In this document: positions 60,005-64,000 of the stretch, one piece after another
How the letters are laid out: each line of letters opens with the position of its first letter
How positions within the stretch are numbered: the first letter of the stretch is position 1
NCBI GenBank assembly: GCA_021432655.1
Contig: MU271302.1
Location: forward strand, 7,303 to 71,302
Direction of reading: 5' to 3'
DNA from: Atractiella rhizophila
Lineage: Eukaryota
DNA length: 64,000 nt
Notes under the pieces: model-generated
Seen by the model: only the letters and a program-made list of their open reading frames with translations
Databases searched by the model: none
What the model was told of the DNA's origin: nothing
Made by a program: the position numbers and the translations under genes

Positions 60005-63000
60005 AAGCTGGATGTTTGCTGTTCGGTCACCTTTTGAGCAAATAGAGCAGCCTGGTTTCCATGTACGTCAGATCGGAAACTGAAAGCCAAAGGTGGAGAT
60101 GGAATAGTGCCTGAATCGCAGCATCAGTAGACACCGTCCTCCTCTCTCTTCTCTCTTGACGCGGTTGAAACTGGAGGACTGACGAAAAGTTGAACTGAGG
60201 TCCCAAACTGTGAGCGGCGAAACTGCCTGGATGAGCGGTTCGTAGGAGGATGAGTGAAGATAGGGAGATCTATGGATTGTTTCGTTGGTTAGAATGGCTT
60301 TATTGATGTTGCGATCTCGGATCACAAGGAGGCTGTTTGATGTTTGGGTCACCTTGGGCAAAGAATTAACTCTCTGTAAATCAATGAAGCGGATGAAGCA
60401 GTGGATGTGGGGAACGGAGCTTGAAACTACCACGCTGAAAGAGTCTGCCGTTGTGAATATCAAGGTTTGGTAATCCTCCGTCCCCTTTCCCACGTTCCAA
60501 AGACCATTGCGTAGTTGACAATTTGTTCGAGGTGGTACGGATTATAACTATGAAAGCTACCACTGTTTCCTCGCGGATAGATGATCCACTTGTGGAGGAC
60601 AACCGGAGAGACTCGAAGACGTCCGTAAATGAAGGAGAGAATGTCAGTTTGAGAGAAGTGTGCGCGGAAATATTGGCGTGTGAAAAACTCACAAATGACA
60701 ACCACCAAAGTGCACCTGTTTCACTCTTCCCTTTCTCCTCCTTCAGCTTCCCTGTCAACCACTCTGCACCCGTTGCTACTGAACTATATTCCTCCATCAC
60801 TTACGTCTTCCTCCCCTCTGTCATCCTCCCTCATTCAGGTCCGAACTCGTTTGCCTTATATGTGGAGACTGAGATTCCCGTTCCCTTTCCTGCTTCCCAC
60901 CCTGAAACCCGTTGAGCAAGGATTCTGAGGAATTGCACTTGCTGCCATCTCAGAGGGGTGATCGTTCGTTGAAGGAGGAAGGAAGTGGTTCAATCGAGGG
61001 GCTTCAAACTCATCTTCTTCCTCGCATCGATCCAATGTAGTCGTTCAAATGGAAACATGCTTCTCGCTTCGAGGACTGGGAGTATAGAACTATCAGCGAA
61101 TATCCTGGGATTCTTGTGAAAAGCGAAGGAGAACGGACTCTTTGACTCTGTCCCTGAACGGTTTCAGGCCATGGACGATGTCGGAAGGGTTGCAGGCTGA
61201 TGGGAAGGGGTCGGCATGATTTGTTTATGGGCGGTCTTGGGATCGATGACAGTGAATGGAGAAGTAGTCGGAGTGAGGAGCTAGCAGAGTCGTCAAAAGC
61301 TGTCCCAGTACAAGCAACGTCAGTCTCCGAATCATCTAGTAACAGAACATCAAGAATGCAAGAATGCAGACCTGAACAGGAATACCACAATCCCACGAAA
61401 GATGCCGTTCCGACAAACGGCTAACAAAGCCAGTTGGCGTTGAAGAAGGCGAAGTTCCATCGCGCAGTGATAGTGAGGGGGGGGCATTACAAGGTACTAA
61501 ACTTCGCGTGGTAGGCAAGTCCTTCATTCAAATGAGATTGTCGGAGAATCGAGCTGTTTCGTGTGTTGATATTCGTCGATATGCAAGAATTTTTGGAGCT
61601 TGATGGGCAGGGGGAAGCATAAGGTGTGCTAATGACTAGTTTCTCGAGCCTCTGAGTCTAGCCATCATCGTCCATCCCCCTTCGTGTTAGGAGAGGAAGG
61701 CATACCAACTATGGTTGGGTCGTTTGATACCCTCGCTTTACCACAGATGTGAATATTCTGTGGGCTGCCAGCACTGCTGACAAGAACGCGCGAGTTATCC
61801 CAGTCCCAAGTTGGACAGCGTGGCGGAGCCTCGACGATGTCCCACTCTTTGCTTGCTGCTCCATCACATCACAAGGAATTAGCGCAGTGGACAGTGAATA
61901 ATGCGAAAGTAGGGAAGACGGACAACATGGTCACCCTCGCCAGTCCTTCCATTCCACAAGAAGCCCTCACTCATATGCTGACTCCCAAGTCGCAGTCTTT
62001 CCTCCTCGACACCCTTCTTCAATCCTTGCGCATACTCTTCAGCACTCCAGCTCCGCGTCTGCTCCCGTTTTCCATCCATCCTCCTCCTCTCCCAACAAGA
62101 GGTTAGAGAATGAAGAAATGTGCCCTTTCCTGAATATTCCAAGTGGTTCCAGCGAGTCGGCGGGGGAAATGGGTGATGAATGGCGCAGGCGAATGATTGG
62201 TCACTCGACGCATTCCCGCAACGTTGGCGAAGCGAAACGAGGGGGGAGCAGAGGGAGGGACAGGATTTGCGACGTACAGGACGGTTGAGAGAAGGTAAGT
62301 CGTTCATCCGAATATCCTCCAGAGAGCCCGTAGAATGGTTACTTGATGTCATGCAGGAGGAAAGCAGACAAACAGTAGGTAGGTGGTGGACGCGTTCTCA
62401 ACCCTTTTCCACCGCTTTGTCCTCGCCTCTTCCTCCTCAGGATATGTATACGCCGTGAAACAAAACCTCCTCGAACGCTTCCTACGCTTTCTCCAGCACC
62501 AAACCGACCTCGACCCACTCAACACCTTCTCCTTCCTCCTTGTCCTCCTCTGCTGCCTTCTTAATCAATCCGTCTGGAGACTATTCCGGTCATTTTATCG
62601 GTCCGGCCACAACGGGAGGAGGAAAGAGAGAGATGGGGATGACGCGTATTCACTGTGGGCGCCATGAGTGCGTCTACTTCGAACGCGTGTTGGGAGGCTC
62701 TGCGGTAAGTTGGGTAGTGGTCCGTCAAACCGAAAGCGAAGGCAGGAGCAGAGACGAGGAGCGGACGTGGAGAAAAACGTGTGTGTGGACGGTTGTGGCT
62801 TGGGGAGGTGTCGAAGAGTGCTTGTGCGGGATGGGGGCTTTGGGATCGGGAGGGAGGGGATGCCAGTGAGGAGCTTTGGGTTGGGGAAGGAGAGGGATGG
62901 CTGTCGTGGAACAGGCAGCAATTGGGCCAGTCAAGGTGGCGCGTCACGGCGTTCAGTGGATGGTGGGCTGCGACTAGCAGCAGCCGGGCAAGGTTAGAAT

Positions 63001-63222
63001 CAAGGAACGGGCTGGGTGCTGAGGTTGAGGAAGAGTAATGCGTCGCATAGCTGACTGGCACAATTGCGCTCCAACGTGAACGACGTCATCGATCGCTGCT
63101 CCGCACTCCGCAAAGTTAGCCGCTGCATTCCTCCTCCCCCGATCATCGACTTCCAAGCTTCGTGGACATTGTGTGGATGACAAGCTGACTAATGCAGGAG
63201 AAGTAATCAGGAGTGGACAAGT

Positions 63223-63755
63223 ATGGCTACCTTTTGAAGATTGTGCGCGTGCTGCTCCAAGTTACCCTGTAAGTCTTCTGCTCTCTTATCGGTTTTGACA
63301 GCAGATTGGTGATGAAGGGGAAAGTAAAGAGCTCAAGCAGCCCGTGTTGACATTTTATAGGGATGGGAATCCGTGTACATGCTCCTATTGCTCGACGAAA
63401 GGATGCCGAAGGTCACCGTCCTTTCCTCCCCACTTTACTCATACAAAGGCTGACACCACAATGCAGCCGCTCGCATGAAGCGTACACATCCCGACACACA
63501 CGCAAAACCCTCAGTCGCGTCTCCCACTAAGAAATCCAAAGCATTCGATTCCGCATAACCCGGCACCAAGATAACGATCCGAAGCTGAATACCTTTACTC
63601 TCTCCCTGCTTGCTGATGCCGAGAAGGTAGAGAAGCTCAAGCAGAGTCTCGCTCCTAGTACGTCGTCTCTTTGGGTTTATGGTGCTGGTATGAGTGTTAT
63701 TGGCCAAGGTCTGATGGCGGAGGTTATTGATAAGACCACCAAGAAGAAGAAGTGA
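63223..63755 (+). pseudogene. RPL38: RPL38 pseudogene (intron-containing duplicate)
   Basis: Colinear with the intact gene and ending GATAAGACCACCAAGAAGAAGAAGTGA. First donor lost, with indels and in-frame stops. Confidence 0.88.
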
Positions 63756-64000
63756 TGAGCTCGTTAGCCGGGATTTCGTCTGTATGCAATTATGTGCGTC
63801 GATTCCATAATAGTCTTTATGCCGAAGTCCTACCACAGAAGACGTGGGTATGGTCCGTTTTAATCTGCATATCCAGGCAGAAGTCATGAAACTTTAGTAT
63901 CTCAAGTCAGCAATAAAAACCGCCAGTCATTGAACCGACTTACAGAGGATGGACCTGACCATTGTAACGATGTTGATTTGTGCGGTTCAAATGGGTGCAT

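Larger units (their letters stand above)
14565..64000. repeat. Tandem segmental-duplication array (unit: RPL38 + F-box/LRR gene + degenerate gene Y(-) + degenerate gene Z(+))
   Basis: The same blocks recur in the same order and orientation. Examples: GGAGGAGTAATCAGG-ATG RPL38 starts at ~14570, ~35290 and ~63200; CATTCCGAAAGAAGCAGC-like motifs at ~21000, ~33980, ~41505 and ~56397; F-box 5' flanks at ~18500, ~23230, ~27690, ~32190, ~38380, ~54340 and ~60180. Confidence 0.9.

Overview
Eukaryotic, intron-rich fungal DNA, basidiomycete-like (45-90 nt GT-AG introns with CTRAC/CTRAY branch sites); the species cannot be determined from the window. The left ~15 kb holds single-copy genes: a Zn2Cys6 transcription factor, a TatD-family nuclease with a 1.5 kb intron, two Ser/Thr-rich secreted proteins, MDP-1 phosphatase and RPL38. 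From ~14.6 kb to the right edge is a tandem segmental-duplication array. Its unit carried RPL38(+), an intronless F-box/LRR-like gene(-) and two further genes. About 8 F-box/LRR copies are visible and five keep long ORFs, with variation concentrated at the predicted exposed LRR beta-strand positions and signs of inter-paralog conversion. The co-duplicated genes have decayed. This pattern suggests a diversifying SCF-type recognition (immune-like) locus. The array is interrupted by a Helitron with a nested solo LTR, a Ty1/copia element, hAT elements and a LINE fragment. Separately, nt 1-~800 appear to be reversed without complementation: read as the plain complement, they continue the transcription factor gene in frame. 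This is most likely an assembly or processing artefact. All alignments and counts were done by eye and are approximate.
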